Below are positions 63,917-64,000 of a stretch of 64,000 bases of DNA, piece after piece. The stretch spans positions 192,001-256,000 of the forward strand of contig CAWAWS010000015.1 of the NCBI GenBank assembly GCA_963785725.1, written 5' to 3'. This DNA comes from an uncultured delta proteobacterium (lineage in GTDB: Bacteria > Myxococcota_A > Polyangia > Palsa-1104). The position numbers and the translations under genes were made by a program. Every line of letters begins with the position of its first letter. The first letter of the stretch is position 1. The notes under the pieces were generated by a model. It saw only the letters and a list, made by a program, of their open reading frames with translations, was not told the origin of the DNA and did no database searches.

Positions 63917-64000
63917 TTACGAGATCGGCGCTTCGGAGCAGAAGCCGTTGATGCACAAGTTGGTCTTGTCGCAGCAGTCGGCGGCCGTGGTGCACTTGTC
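63917..64000 (-). CDS. 3' end of a Cys-rich protein cut by the window edge
   Basis: DKCTTAADCCDKTNLCINGFCSEAPIS-stop. Confidence 0.65.
   Translation of the reverse strand, partial: DKCTTAADCCDKTNLCINGFCSEAPIS

Overview
A very GC-rich bacterial chromosomal window with a myxobacterial (Myxococcota) gene repertoire: three Hanks Ser/Thr kinases, FHA proteins, a myxobacterial-type ECF sigma factor, and fibro-slime and Cys-rich lipoproteins. About a dozen genes are broken by single-base frameshifts, most likely long-read assembly indels. The core (about 14.0-36.9 kb) is a Tad/Flp pilus locus resembling the Myxococcus Kil predation apparatus: CpaB, two CpaF/TadA ATPases, TadB, TadC, FHA proteins and eight prepilin-like proteins. 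No secretin or prepilin peptidase is visible in the window. Two pilins are giant fusions. One (14185-16056) is Flp pilin + self-cleaving Hint/BIL domain + Gly-rich helical cargo; the other (33205-36753) is a pilin carrying about 1100 aa of four different repeat blocks. Four candidate sigma54 promoters head the pilus transcription units. Each has a GAGGC-N5-GCC(T/A)C-type palindrome about 100-135 bp upstream, and the locus encodes an FHA-sigma54 activator next to a kinase, suggesting a phosphorylation-controlled pilus regulon that displays or releases cargo. The rest of the window holds glutamine synthetase II, a stand-alone family B DNA polymerase, a Fur-boxed imelysin/di-heme/TonB-receptor/HTTM iron operon, a GH43 lipoprotein, a split RdgC-like pair, an aldo-keto reductase, and a PstS-like/porin/ExbBD-TonB/receptor/PhoB-like operon. 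No rRNA, tRNA, CRISPR array or transposase was recognised. All calls come from reading motifs by eye; no database searches were run.
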